This document shows positions 48,701 to 61,100 of a stretch of DNA of 64,000 nt, piece by piece. The notes under the pieces are model-generated. The model did not search any database and was not told the origin of the DNA. It saw only the letters and a list, made by a program, of their open reading frames with translations. The stretch is from Macrostomum lignano. Its lineage: Eukaryota. Both the position numbers and the translations under genes were made by a program. Where the stretch lies: assembly GCA_002269645.1 (NCBI GenBank), contig NIVC01000842.1, positions 1-64,000 on the forward strand. Direction: 5' to 3'. How positions within the stretch are numbered: the first letter of the stretch is position 1; each line of letters opens with the position of its first letter.

Positions 48701-51700
48701 TTTTACAGCTGGGTGAACTGAAGCAATTTTCTTGCTCAAGGCACAAATTGTTCGAATGGGATCAGGAATCAAACCACAGACCTTTCAGCAGTGAGTCTGA
48801 CGCTCTAACCACTAAGGCTACAACCCCCTACCAAATTTTGCTAAATAATAGCGTATAAATATTCGTTCGTAATTTACTAACCTTTGCGAACCAAAGTCGA
48901 TTGGGTGTTTCGAGAATCTTCTGAAAACGAATAGAGTATAAGTACACAGAGTTACCAATATCATTCTCAAAGAATATACTTGCGAAAGCGCAAGAGGGAA
49001 ATTTTGATAAAATGTGAAAACTTTGATTTACCAACGTCTGGGGCATCATCTACTGGCACTTCAGTGACACCTGCAGCGGCTGACTTCTGTTGCTGATCTG
49101 TGAACGAAATTAAACCAAAGGAACGAAGAAACGGTGAGTATTGAAGAGTGACGTGGCAAAAGGAAATGTGATATTTGAGAACTCGAACAAAAAAAAAACA
49201 AAATCCCGTTTAGTTTTATAATCAATTCTTGATTCAAGTTAAATTACGTTTTTGTTTGTTAAAATTGTAATATTCTTACGTATAAATAAATAAATTTCGA
49301 TGAATATAAATTTTCAAGCGTAAGTTAGTCGTCTGAACTCTTGCAAAAGTTTATACAAGTAGTAAGAGTACATATAGATGAAAATGTTGAAAAAATTCTT
49401 TTGAAAGTGTTGAAAAGGCTTTTAAAGACAAACAAATAGATAGATATAATCAAAAGCTTTATAACAAAGTTTCCGGTGCAAATAAAGTTGTTTTGTGCAG
49501 AATAGGCAATTAAACAGTAAAGTGTTTGAATCGTCCGGTAGATATTTTAGTGTCGAAATACCTTTCTTATTGCCAAGCAGAACTGCCCTGGCGGCGGCAA
49601 TGTCCTTTTCAAACTCGTCCGCATCATCGTCATCGGAGTCGAGTTTCGGTCGTGCGACTTTTTTGAATTCGGTTATTTTTAGTTCAAGGTTATTCGGGGC
49701 GCTCATTTTAGCTAACTCATTCTAGTAATTAGTAAATTACTGATATTTTGCACTGGCTGGAAGTATGCTCCAAGGATTAAATGAAATTGATTCGCACTTT
49801 TTCTGCCTCGCCTCCTTTGTTAGTAATAAATCTTGCAAATATAGTAACGAAAATTAGAAATGGTCTGGAAATAAGGCCGAAGCTGTGGGCTCCCTATCAG
49901 CGACGGTTTCCACTGTGTGCAGAAGCCTGCCATTCGTGGGATGGAATTCGACTGATTTTATACTTATATGTTGTGCCATACGCTAGGCATTACACACAGT
50001 AGGAAAAAAATAAAACGGACTCTTTTTGTCGAATATTTTTGAAAACAAAACAGAAAATTTCTCACCTGGAGCTGCGTGCTCAGGCGAGCCTTCTATCTTG
50101 AAGTTGACAACTTCTTCATCGTCTGAACGATCAGATCGGCTGCTACCAGATGCGCGCTGAAAAAGCAATGATTGATGAAGCCATTGTGGAGCTTGAATTT
50201 TGCACTTTAATCGAACTGAACAGTAGACAAAGAAAGCACTGGCAATCTCTTACTCTCTGCCTAGTCAAATCGTCGTCAGCTCTGTCGGGCAGAGCAGCCA
50301 CCGCGGCGCAACGTTCGGGTCGCTCCTTTTGGATCCAACGCTCGAATGGAAACTCCCAGCGTTTGTCGTTCTGCTCAGCGATGACGCGTTCCACGTACCA
50401 ATCGGTTGAAATGCCGCCCTCGATGTACAACCTGAATGTAGTGAGACATAGCAAAGGTTGGAGCTTTAATGTCATAAATAATTAATGTCGTTAAAACTGA
50501 CAAAACTGATTTTGATTATTTGATGATGGAGAGGTTTAGATGAGTATAGAACTTGTACTTCCATAGCATCGGGGATTCACCAGCTGAGTCAGGATGCTTC
50601 TTGTAACAATTTAACTTCAATGCCGAATATTTATTATTGAGATGACATACATTTTTATATAGAACTTCTCCTCGCAGACAGTGGCGCCAACCTAAGAGAC
50701 AGGGACGCCAACCTAAGAGACAGTGGCGCCAACCTAAGAGACACTGGCGCCAACCTACGAGCCTAATGTGCAACCGACAGCTCAGCCGCAGCTATTGCGC
50801 GGCGCATCTGAAGGCTGCGTAGGGCTTTTCAGTCCAATGACTGGGGTTTGACAAACTTACATGTCAAACTATGGGTGTAAAATGGCACCCATTTTACAGC
50901 TGGGTGAACTAAAGTAATGCAGAGTTAAGTGACTTGCTCAAGGATACAAATTGTTCCAAGTGAGTCGAGATACGAACCCCTGACTTTTCACTCGTGAGTC
51001 TGACGCTCTGACCACCAGGCTACAAACCCCTTCAACAAAACCAAAACAAAAACAAAAACAAAAACAAAAACTTACTCAATTGTCTTCAAATCGCCAAGCT
51101 GCTCATCAGCCTGAATATTGAATTTGTCAGCTTGACCGCGTCTATACAAACGACCGTCTTTGTTCTGACGGAATTCTTCCAAGGAAATCTGCTCCGAGGT
51201 GGCCTCAGTGCCAGCCAGTTGAATTGTTGCTCGGCCGTCAGTGTCAGCGCCCATGCGATCGCCGGTCTTCACTGTCACGGTGAAGCGGCGTTCGTTGGCA
51301 TCGACTGCGTCGCTGTCGTCCTCACCCGTAGCGTCTTTGACTGTTATGAAGAAAAACCGGATTTCCGTTGTAGAGAATACAGGCAAATATTGATGTTAAA
51401 GTTAATAACGTTTACCGTTTCTTTGAATGAATAATACTTGTATCTAAGCCATGATGCATGGTGATGCAAGACTACTATCATAATGCAGCCACGTCTCAAG
51501 TCAAAATTAGCTTGAAACTACTCAAATACGAGAGTAGAGGCCCATTAGTAGACTAATTTCTGCCCGAATGCCCTTACAGATTGAAATAAATGTTATGGCT
51601 GTTTCAGCACAGCAAAAATGTTGTTAAATATATTGTATAGGAACTACGAGTACGTTTACTCACCAACAGGAAGGGTCTCAATTGAATTCTTTTCAATCCA

Positions 51701-54569
51701 GCGACCGGTTTGGAAGCGCCACTCTCTGCCTCCGTTGGCCACGGTGATGGTTTCGGGCAGCCAGCCGCTGGTCAGGCCACCGCCCTCCGTCTCCAGCCTT
51801 GAATTCAGTGGGAAAGTTTCACACATGACATGCTGGCCTACCAAGAACTTAACTGAATGAGGCAACACGCAAAATATTAGACGTCCAACAACTCACTCTA
51901 TGGAATGAATTTCGCCCAGGTTGCTGCCAAATCTAGCTTTAAACTGATCAGTTTGTCCCCGTTCGAAGCAGTCGATTCGGTCGTTTTTCAGCTGCACTCG
52001 GTTGGACCTGCGATCCTCGCCAACCAGCGTGGCGAATACCCTGGCGTCCGTGCCTGCCATGGCCTGCGACGAGGTTTGAATAGTGACGACGTACACCTCG
52101 TCATCGTTTTCACCCGCGATATCTTCTGTAGAAGTATGGTTATTCGGGGTGCAATCAATAAGTCCGATTTCAGGAAATTTCAAAACAAAAACAACAGTTT
52201 TATTGTGTTAAAGATTACAAAGGTCCTTCAGGATAACGGCTAATGTTGGAGTTATAATAAAGTCAATTAAAAACATCCATATACGCTCGTATTTATTTTA
52301 ATATTTATATTTAGGCTAGCAAATATTGCTTTCACTCATCACTTACCAACGGTGAAAGTCTCGCACTCGTTCTTCTCAATCCAGCGACCAGCTGGGAATG
52401 TCCATTGCTGGTCACCGCGCGAGACAGTGATCGACTCAGGACGCCAGCTGGAGCCGATGCCTCCGTCCTCCAGATGAAGTCTTTATAACGTTCAGGTGTT
52501 CGGGTAGGGGTGAATCTTGGTTAGTTGAAAAAATTAAACGTCATAAATAAATCCCTGTCGCTGAATATGACATTTTCTAGCTGACTGATTGTAAGCGGTG
52601 CTTACTATTGCTTAACTCCCTTATTTTCCGACCAAGCAACTGCTTACCATAATACTTTTTATTTAAATTTCCACTGTCATTGATTCCATTCCATTTCCAT
52701 TGACTACATTTTTCAAAGCAGAGTTTATCAATTTGGTCTTAACCAACCTCGCTTCAGATGGAGTTGAATTCACTTCCAAGGTCAAATGTTTCTATACGAA
52801 TAATATAATAATCTACCAGCATTCTACTAAAACAAACAAATAAACGAATCATAGTCTATGGTTAAAACATCATTCTCACGTGGGACAATTGGAAGCGTTT
52901 CTAGAGGGAACGATTCGTCAAATTTGTAATCTATCTTTCTGCTACTTTATCGGTCTGATTATTAAAAAAATGAACACACTCACCTGACTGCAGTAAGCTC
53001 TCCTAGATCCTCGCGCGCTTTCACCGTAAATTCGTTGGTAGCACCTCGCTCGAATGTAGTGGCGCCGTCGTATTGCTTTAATGGAAACTTTTTCGAAGTA
53101 GCCGAACTTCCGATAAGTTCAATGAAGGCAGGGGCCTCGGTGCCGGATCCGATCTCATCAAAGGTCGCTATTATCACTTGGTATTCCACCCTTTCTCTCC
53201 CAATACTGCTGCTTCTGCTGCTCTTACTGCTGACGCTAGCGCCGCGGCTTCGGCTGCTACTAGAAGATGAGGAGTCCTTGTCTACAAGTGCAGGTTGAAG
53301 TATTGAATTTGTAAGCATTAGTAGTCAAGACAGTGAATATCAATGTCTCAATGATCTGCCTCTGGATTCTAACAAATTTGTATTGTATCCGAGACGAATA
53401 CGAGTATATCCTCATATAATTTAATTATACGTTCCTTTACATATATGACTCGTACACACTCAAAGGATGCTCGTGAGCACCCTGGCGCAACGTCTTGCGA
53501 GATCTCGTAGCACAACAACCAGAGCTGAGGCATTTCTGCCCATTCTGCTACAAGCGCACCGATACCGTTCTCAGGCACGCACTCACACACACGCTCACAC
53601 AGAGTGTACAACGGCCCTGGCTTTTTAACTGTCAGATATTTACACTCTGTGACTTGGGCCCTCATGGTTAGTAAGCGCACGACAACCTTCTCGAATGTTC
53701 GAGCGCAAGCCTTAAATTAATGAGGCCACGCTCTGAATCGAACCAGGGGTCGTAACGTCAGACGCTTTTTTGCTAAGCAACTCAGCCTCTCATCCTAAAA
53801 GAAAGTTCTCTGAATTCAGGAAGCTTATGCTTCGCATCATGAAAGTGAAATAAGTTCCCTCAAAGACTATCCGCAGGGTGAACGTATCTCTGGACTCGCA
53901 GGACCTTCTCGCAAAGATTATCGAGTCGCAAAATTGGATTAATTTCTGTCTCTGCATAGAAACTACGCAAATAAATGCCGTAAAGAAGCATAAAAAGACG
54001 TGCAGTCTACGACATGCGCCATGATGTGGATGAAGACGGCTATAGTACTCAAATCTAACCCTCGATCAGAATAGATCAGTTAGTAAAGCAGCTGGGAATA
54101 GGGGAGACGATGATCTCAGTTTTCTTTCTTAACCCTCTCTCATATGCGTTGCATGCTCTCTCTCTTTGCTTGTAGGACCATCTGCTATATTCACCGCAGT
54201 TGTTGTCCGACATTAGGGACCTCTCATCGAGGCTTCTATTGGAGCATCCCTGAGACTATTAACTGGGTCAAACAGAAAGAGAAACGGGGATGGAGACGCG
54301 CACACACAGAAACAGACGACAGAGCTCAGCGAGAGAATTATGGAGAAGCATGATCTCGCATCGGAGTATTTGCGGACGGGTTTGTCCGGCCAGAGATCCT
54401 TTTTTGCTTGATTATGAGCAGACTAAATTTCTTTTACAATTTAGGGACTGTAAGGCCTCCAAATCGACTGCTACAATGTTTAAAGCTAATCAGTAGAATA
54501 GTCAGCACTCACCGGATCGCTTGCCTCGTTTGTCATGGTCCGACTCGTCCTGGAAGTCGTCGTCGTAGG
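42794..54569 (-). CDS. Multi-PLAT/LH2 (x4) plus C-terminal RNI-type LRR (LRRC73-like) protein; 3' module of the long gene model
   Basis: Phase-consistent exons: 54569-54513, 53281-52984, 52480-52347, 52125-51897, 51797-51664, 51340-51076, 50431-50254, 50156-50066, 49711-49562, 49097-49032, 48465-48409, 48335-48267, 47638-47309, 47200-47050, 46969-46867, 46633-46055, 44379-44056 and 43207-42794 (stop). PLAT motifs: Y.V...T....G.GT.A......G, FERG..D.F, LGEL, W..E.I.V, F..GRW. LRR motifs: LNLTCNSISS, LNLHSVAIGDDG, IDLGNTGMTDQG, MLDYCDLTD, IDLEGNRLSD. Confidence 0.82.
43424..43944. mobile_element. MITE with about 140-bp TIRs flanked by TTAA (Kolobok-like)
   Basis: TTAA|GGAGGCTGGTTTTCGC...GCGAAAACCAGCCTCC|TTAA. 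The inverted similarity spans 43424-43560 vs 43801-43944 and extends about 14 bp beyond the TTAA, so the true ends are uncertain. Confidence 0.7.
44841..45436 (-). mobile_element. Internally deleted Tc1/mariner-superfamily element
   Basis: Inverted repeats of about 125 bp (44841-44964 vs 45310-45436) enclose a transposase remnant reading LPPYSPFLNPVENA, the DDE_3 catalytic-Glu motif PPYSPDLNPIE. Confidence 0.8.
47721..48080 (-). mobile_element. tRNA-derived SINE, family A, full length with TSD
   Basis: A box TAGCCCAGCGG, B box GGCTCGATTCC, A-rich tail, and the direct repeat AACGTCAAGTCGATG at 47706-47720 and 48085-48099. Confidence 0.92.
48574..48828 (-). mobile_element. tRNA-derived CORE-type SINE, family B
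   Basis: tRNA-like head (TAGCCTTAGTGG / GGTTTGATTCC) followed by TGTGCCTTGAGCAAG...CAGCTGTAAAATGGG. A second copy is at 50766-51030. Confidence 0.75.
50676..50760. repeat. 21-bp tandem repeat, about 4 copies (CAGTGGCGCCAACCTAAGAGA)
   Basis: Directly visible, adjoining the 3' end of the family B SINE. Confidence 0.85.
50766..51030 (-). mobile_element. tRNA-derived CORE-type SINE, family B
   Basis: The minus strand reads CCTTGAGCAAGTCACTTAACTCT...CTGTAAAATGGG, closely resembling the MIR/CORE consensus, after a tRNA-like head with GGTTCG. Confidence 0.78.
53390..53787 (-). mobile_element. tRNA-derived SINE related to family A (family A2); 3' limit approximate
   Basis: B box GGTTCGATTC. It shares the blocks CACCCTGGCGCA, GAGGCATT.CTGCCCATT and GAGTGTACA.CGGCCCT with family A. 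Confidence 0.6.
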
Positions 54570-54858
54570 CTGAAATGCAACATTGGACGGTTAGTTTAGT
54601 GGTCTGTTGTAAATTTAGTTGAACAGAAGAAGACGAAATGGTGGCATTATGATTGCGACTGTCATTGCTGCACTGGCTGGTTGAATTGTGACTAGCATGG
54701 AATAGAGCCGCCTGGTGCACCAGCTGCCTCACTAAAGCCAGTTTCTGGCAAGGCAGCATGCTTGCTACGCGGTCCAAGTATTTCGCGATATAAACAAATG
54801 GATCAAAAATCGAATAAATATGGCCATGCGAGCATGTGAGAGATTCATAGGCCATTTG

Positions 54859-54951
54859 ATTGGTTAGCATTGGCTGGATGATCGGAAATTACTTTACCAT
54901 TGGTTGTTTATCATAGGGATGTCGACATCGCTTATTGGTTGCGTTGGAAAC
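54859..54951 (-). promoter_or_regulatory. Candidate internal promoter: four CCAAT boxes plus an X-box-like motif
   Basis: ATTGG occurs at 54859, 54869, 54899 and 54934, and GTTGCGTTGGAAAC at 54938-54951. These lie directly upstream of an ORF (54870-54513) in frame with the PLAT-LRR module. Confidence 0.45.
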
Positions 54952-55190
54952 AACTGATCAGTTTGTGAGCTCAGCGAGTCATTCAGCTCGCTACGAGTAT
55001 TGCAGTGTTAATTTATAAAAATTTGCTTCGATTTCGCTAATAAATAGACAGGTAGTAGGACAGCTATAAAAATTAAATGAAACTATAAAGTGTAATTATC
55101 AAATAGATAGACAGACAGCCACAACATCGAGAAAGAGAGGAAATCCAAAAGACTCTAGCGAGCTTTCTCGAATTGTCGATGATTTACTAC

Positions 55191-58100
55191 CTGACGCAGG
55201 TGGCTTTCTGTCAGCCATGGCCGATGATGGACGAGGTCCAGATTTAGCCGAAACTGGCCTGCTCGATTTCGACATCGAGCTGTGACGACTTCGTCGACTA
55301 CGATGACTGGCTGAGCCAGATGATGAAGAAGCAACTGTTGCTGCTTCTGGAAGCAGTTGGAAGTTGTCCAAGCGGGATGTCAGTTGTTTTGTTTGTTAGG
55401 TAGGTGCCAGCGAGGAGGCAGGAAGTCATGCTAGCTCGTATCCCATAAGTACAGATAGGTACGCAGGCACACGTTCATACAGGATGCACAGCGTTCCTGG
55501 TTTAGCCAAGCATGCACACAATTTGACAATATGAGGGCCCTCAAAGACGCGAATCATACAACGGGCCAATTTTTTGTGAACTTTTGACTCTTTTATTCCT
55601 CGATCTAAGCTCGGTTCTATCTTCAAATCGTATTATAAGATATTCCTGGAAAATGACGCTGGCTTGCTAAGGATAGCAGATTTTGTATGCAGATGTTCTA
55701 TGCATATGAACAGGTGCTCATATGCATCGAGAGATGCACATTTCTCATCCGCTCTCAGCCCTCTAGATTGTTCGAAATATTCGCAATATGATAGCTAATA
55801 TATTCTTCCTCAGAGGGAATCCATATATGCCTCTGATTGTAGAATTATTTCCACGAAGCAAATAAGACAGCAATGGACTCGGCACGCCTGGGTGACTGAT
55901 CTAACAATTATTCATTGCGTAAATCATCTTCATTGTGGCAGCGTGAAATGAATTACTAGCAAATTTACGATCGCAATAATGTAGATTTCTATTCAATTTG
56001 ATAGATGAAATGGCGCAGTGAATTAAGTAAATCAAGTGACATTTTGTAATTCCAATTGTCGCATGCTAGATACTATACTCATAGTTGGATCAACGAGATT
56101 CTAATGCTCAATTTAATTTCAAGAGTATTTTGTGAACAATTTTTGACGCGACAATTTCCATAGGTGAAATAGTGAGAACTGCGTTTTTCTAACTGCCGAG
56201 TTCCCACCTTCGACGGCTGCATTGTTGTTATCTGATTGCTCGACAACGTTCAAGTTGTTGTTGTCGTTAGTTTTGCTCTTTGTATCGCTGTCTGTATCGC
56301 TGCCTGTATCAGTGTCGTCCAACGGTATTTCCACTGGTTCCTGTAAAGTGTCCTTTTCAGCCTCCTCCTCCGTTGTCTGCTTTGGCATTGCTGTATCCTC
56401 TTGTTCTACAAGCGGCACCTCTTCTTCCTTGCGTGCCGGCGCACTTGCTGACGGCTCACTATCCTGCGGATGCTCTGAATCCGGCACAGCTTGACCGTCA
56501 GGTCGAGGGTTCAACGATGACTCCGGTTCCTTTGGGTCTCTGTCGGCTTGCGTCGAATCTTCGGCTTCTTTGTTTGCAATATTTTTAGTGTAGAACAAAG
56601 TTATTTTTATGTAGTTACTGTCCCTGATCTTAAACTCTTGTTACCCTACTGAGAGTAGATAATACTGTGTGGTGGTTATTTAGCCAATTTTTAGCCTAGT
56701 TACCAGTAAATGCTAGTGGTTTTTACTTGACTTTAAATTTTTTAAACCACGACTCGTATTAAGATTTGGATTTGTATGTTATTGAGGGTTTTAAGGAGGC
56801 TCAGCCTCTGTCGTTCGCACTTTGTTTCGTAGATCCTTACGAGCTAATTAGTGACTCACTTTTCTGCGGTTTCCTTCGACCAGAAGAAGTGCTCTCTTTC
56901 TTGGCCTTTTCTTTCTTGCCGCGTCCCTCCTTCAGCTGTTCCTCTACCTGGCATCTGAATTGTAATGTGTTTTAGTTTTGAATTATAAAACATTACAAAA
57001 CAAGCGTCTCAGTTACAATGACGCAAGTAGCTACACTACATTAGTTTTAAAACAGTAAAGTAATTGAAGCACTTCAAGCACCCACCTGTAGCACGGCGCC
57101 GCCTCGGACACGCTGACAAAACCGAAGTGGCCGGTCTTCGAGCCGAGTCTCACGCCAGTCCTGTGCTTGTACTCGCAGCAGGCGCTCACCCTCGAGTCCA
57201 TCACGCCGTCGATGTAAAGAGACAACGAGAACGGGTAGCCACGATGGCGCCGACTCACGAATGTGAAGTCCTCTGAAAATTGTAGTTGTCGATTAGTTTG
57301 TTAACGGACCACTACAGGGGCGATCCTCAGTAGAAGTTGTTAGGAGGATATGCCAATGTTTTGTCTCGAATTTCGCCTTTCACTAGTTAATCATTAACTC
57401 ACCGCCAGGCTTCACCAGTCCGTAGAACACCCGGAGCGTGTTGCCGCCAGAGTGCTGCTGCATCACCGTCACCTCTTGGCCGTCATGGCCAGGCCCGTCG
57501 TGCGGTATCTTCAGCGCCGGACCGTAATAGTGCAGCGTCACCTTGCAGAGGCTCTGGTAGGAGGCCTGCTTGTCGAGCGCTGGCTCGGCCCTATGCAGCC
57601 GGAGTCTTCCAACCCTCGACTTGCCACCCCTCTTTTTCTTTCGCTTCTCGTCTTCAACTTCGCCTTCGTCGCTCAGATCTTCGACGTCGTCGTCATCAGA
57701 GTCCCGACGAGCCGCCGCCGCTCCCGGTCTTGCAGCCGATTTTGGCCGGCCGCTGCGCGAACGATTCCGACGTCCCGGCGATGGCGAATTACCGGTGCTA
57801 CGTCGACGAGGCTGCGAGGAGGCCCGATGGGAGCTGAGATTCGAACCACCGCCACCGCCTCGAGCTTCGTTGCGACGCATTGATTCTAGAATGTTGGCGT
57901 ATTCCTGCAGCGCCACGCTGTCCAAAGTGAGCAGATGCTTCGAATCGATCTCTGCCCGAGGAAATTGGCGACGAAGTCGTCGGCGCTGCACGGTGTCCGG
58001 GTGCGGCGGAAGGCCCGACGGTTCCGGCTGAAGTTGGGAAAGTTTTCGAGGTTCGAGGAGGCCTTGTTATAGTTATCAGTTAACCAGGCGACTTCACACG

Positions 58101-61100
58101 CTGATTTCACGTATGCTTGCATTGTAAGCGTTATTAGTACTCAGCTTATCCTCGCACAAACGCAAACTAAATTACCTCTTCGTCTCCGTCGCCCTCCTCG
58201 GCATCGCCGCCAATCCGATTGGGTCGCTGCTTTCTACGGCGAATGCCAGACGACGTGGCAGCTCCTGGGTCTAGCAGAGGCATCAGGTCTTCGTCCCCGC
58301 GGCGGTTGCGTTCGTTCTGTTTGGAAATATTTTAGTAGAAAGCATAGATAAACGTCATAAACGTCATAGGAGAAACAAAAATATCGAAGTCCTGTGGAGC
58401 TTCTTAACTGACGAGTGACAAAAATCAATTGACAGATTGTCTTTGGATTACGAATGAAAATGAGTGACAAGGTGATAAAAAATCAAACTCAAAACGTTTA
58501 ATTTTCAACGGGATGACTGTGCTGACTGACCGCTATCCCTCAAATCAAAGTAAATTGACGAAAAGCAGTAAATAAATACAATGGTGAATTTAAAAACTGA
58601 AATTGACTGTAGAATCTTCTGCAGTACCAAACGCCTCGGCAGACGCTCTTGATCTCCGCTAATTAGCGAAGACACATCGCTGGATGCGGCGCTACTACGC
58701 TGCGTGTCAAGCAGCAACTGTGGCAGAGGTGGCGAGTTTTGACGTCGTTGCTGACGCAGCTGGAGACGCCGTCCGTCGTGATGACCGGCCGAGAGCGTCG
58801 AGTTGGCTGCGGCTTGGGCCGTAACCTGCGCCAAGCTGGTGGGCGTCAGGTGCGCCAGTAGACCGCCGCGATCTTCTGGCCTAGCCTGACCCTTTGTTGC
58901 GGTGTGCGACCCCGGGAATAGAATTAGAGTTTGTAATAGAGGTATATAGCAGTAACGGACCAGTATATCAACCCGACGTCAGGGACGTCGGCCCACTTTT
59001 TCAACATCTTTCGACTTCGCTGGAAAATGGATACTTTCCACTGCACAGACCTGTACGCATGACGTCATCACCTATCATTTTCAGTTGATTTGTAACAGAA
59101 GATTGAAGACGATATGACGAAGTGCAGTCACGTTAACTTGGGGCTAAATTGGAATCTGGGCTTGGTTCTGGTCGTGAAATTAACGCCCTTGAGGGCCAAC
59201 CGGCCCAAGGCACAGTAAAGAGTACATGCCTAACGATAAATAAAGTTAGGGCCGCTGTACACTCCTGTGTGAGGGTGTGCCGGTACGCGTATGTGCCTGC
59301 TCAGGGACGTCGGCGGAATGGGCAGTAATGCCTGTCACCGGTTGTATGACAATGTCGCTTAAAGTGCATCAGGGCGCCACACAGCCCTCTGCCTCTAATA
59401 AAGAAGTATGCCTGACGCTATAACTACTACTGTCTTGAAAATTAACTTTTGAAAAGTAGTGCTTTATAACACTGCGTCCTGTTTCTGTCTCTAATCTCAC
59501 CTTGATTCGCCTGACGTGCTCCATTTTGGCAATCTCCTCCAGTTTGCGTCGAATATCGACTTGACGTTTGCGCTCGAGATCAAGCGACTTGTGCACAATG
59601 GCCTGGGCAAGCATGTCCCTCACGTGGCGTTTGTGCTCTTTTCGGGCCATCTTGAGCCTGTACACTGGCTCGGGCACGACTTCGCCAGTTCGAGTGATCT
59701 GGTTGGTTGAGTAGTTGTGTGGGTAGCAAAAATATAGCGTTTAAAAACTATTTCGTTTAAAATCTTAAAATAAATCCAAGCCATACCAAGCCAGCCTTGA
59801 CCAGGTGACGCCACTTTGCTCTGTTATTAAAGTAGCCAGCCAGGTGCTCATCCTTCAGGCTGTTGTACTGGGCCAAAGGCCTAAAATATGTAAGATTTTT
59901 GTTTATAAGAAACGAATTCGTTTATTAAAAACGATTATTACGATTACAATCAGTGAACAAAAACTAAAAAGAAAAAGAAACAAATGACTCTCATTAAAGC
60001 CTACTAAAAGGAAAAAAATTAGGAACACAATTTCCGAATAAACCCTCTAAAAATCGACAGTATATTTATACTGTTTAATTTCGGGATAGTTATTTAACGT
60101 AATGCAATGTAATGTAATTTCTTTATCCACCCAGAATGTCAGTTAATTTTAGTTGTATTAAAAAACGTATTGAAAAAGAAATAAAGCAAAGGGTAGTCAT
60201 AGATGAATTGGGCAATGATAAGTTAGATCGAAAGCAAGCTTGCTTGCAATCTGGGAAATGCTTGCATGCTGTCAGGGGTTGCTTGCTGTGTAGGGATGTT
60301 TTCTTTTAGAGGAAATGTCTGTTGTTTTTTCGTTGTCTATTTGTTACTTGTAAATAACAAAGATTCTATCCAGATGTCCCCCATTGGGGGGCGAAGATTG
60401 CTAGTAAAATTCTATAAATTAGACTGGACATTTTAATTGATACATTTCAGAAGAGTAATTAGCTTCAAAAGAAAGCCAAATCTTAATTAAAAAGTTTTGG
60501 TATCGTTGCAACACGACCTGTACTATTAAAAAGGGTAATTTCGTACAGGCTATCGGCCATAAAGTTGATTAAGTCCAGTTCAACATTTGTCATGTACGAG
60601 TGTATACGCTCGTAAATAGCTAATAGCAGTATAATTTGTAACAAAAACATAACAAGAAGCAGATTATATTATACAATTAAGGACAATCGGTTTATAATAA
60701 AACAATATAAATTTCCCTATGCTATAAAACGATTTTTTTAATATCGATAAAGTATGATCATACGATTAAGTGCGAATTTATCGATCTGTCGGTAAAAAAA
60801 TGCACTCCAGGCTCCAGCTAACCTATGCATGTCTACTCACTTCATACATGCAAGTAAAAAGTGCCTAAATGGTAAAAAGTGCCTACGTAATTTTTATAGA
60901 CAGCTAACTTAAAACATAAGCTGAATTAGAGTAATTCAGTGATAGACAATGAAGTTCCTGAAGTTACCAATTTGTTTGTAATTGTAAAAAAAACTTGTGG
61001 TAATTTACCACTGGTAAATACTGTAAATATGGCAATTATAATTGAACTTAAAGTCGAGCTTTTACTGTAAATATTTAATTGAAACAAAAAGGGAGAACCG

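Noticed and set aside
59787-59880. Idea that a flatworm spliced leader ending in AUG supplies the ERICH3-like start codon
   Set aside because: An AUG joined at this acceptor would be out of frame, and a cis first exon exists at 61144-61125.
60547-60593. Alternative first exon for ERICH3-like (MADSL, donor GTACGA)
   Set aside because: It is phase-compatible, but 61144-61125 has a stronger donor and restores the G-P-L junction typical of ERICH3 N-termini.
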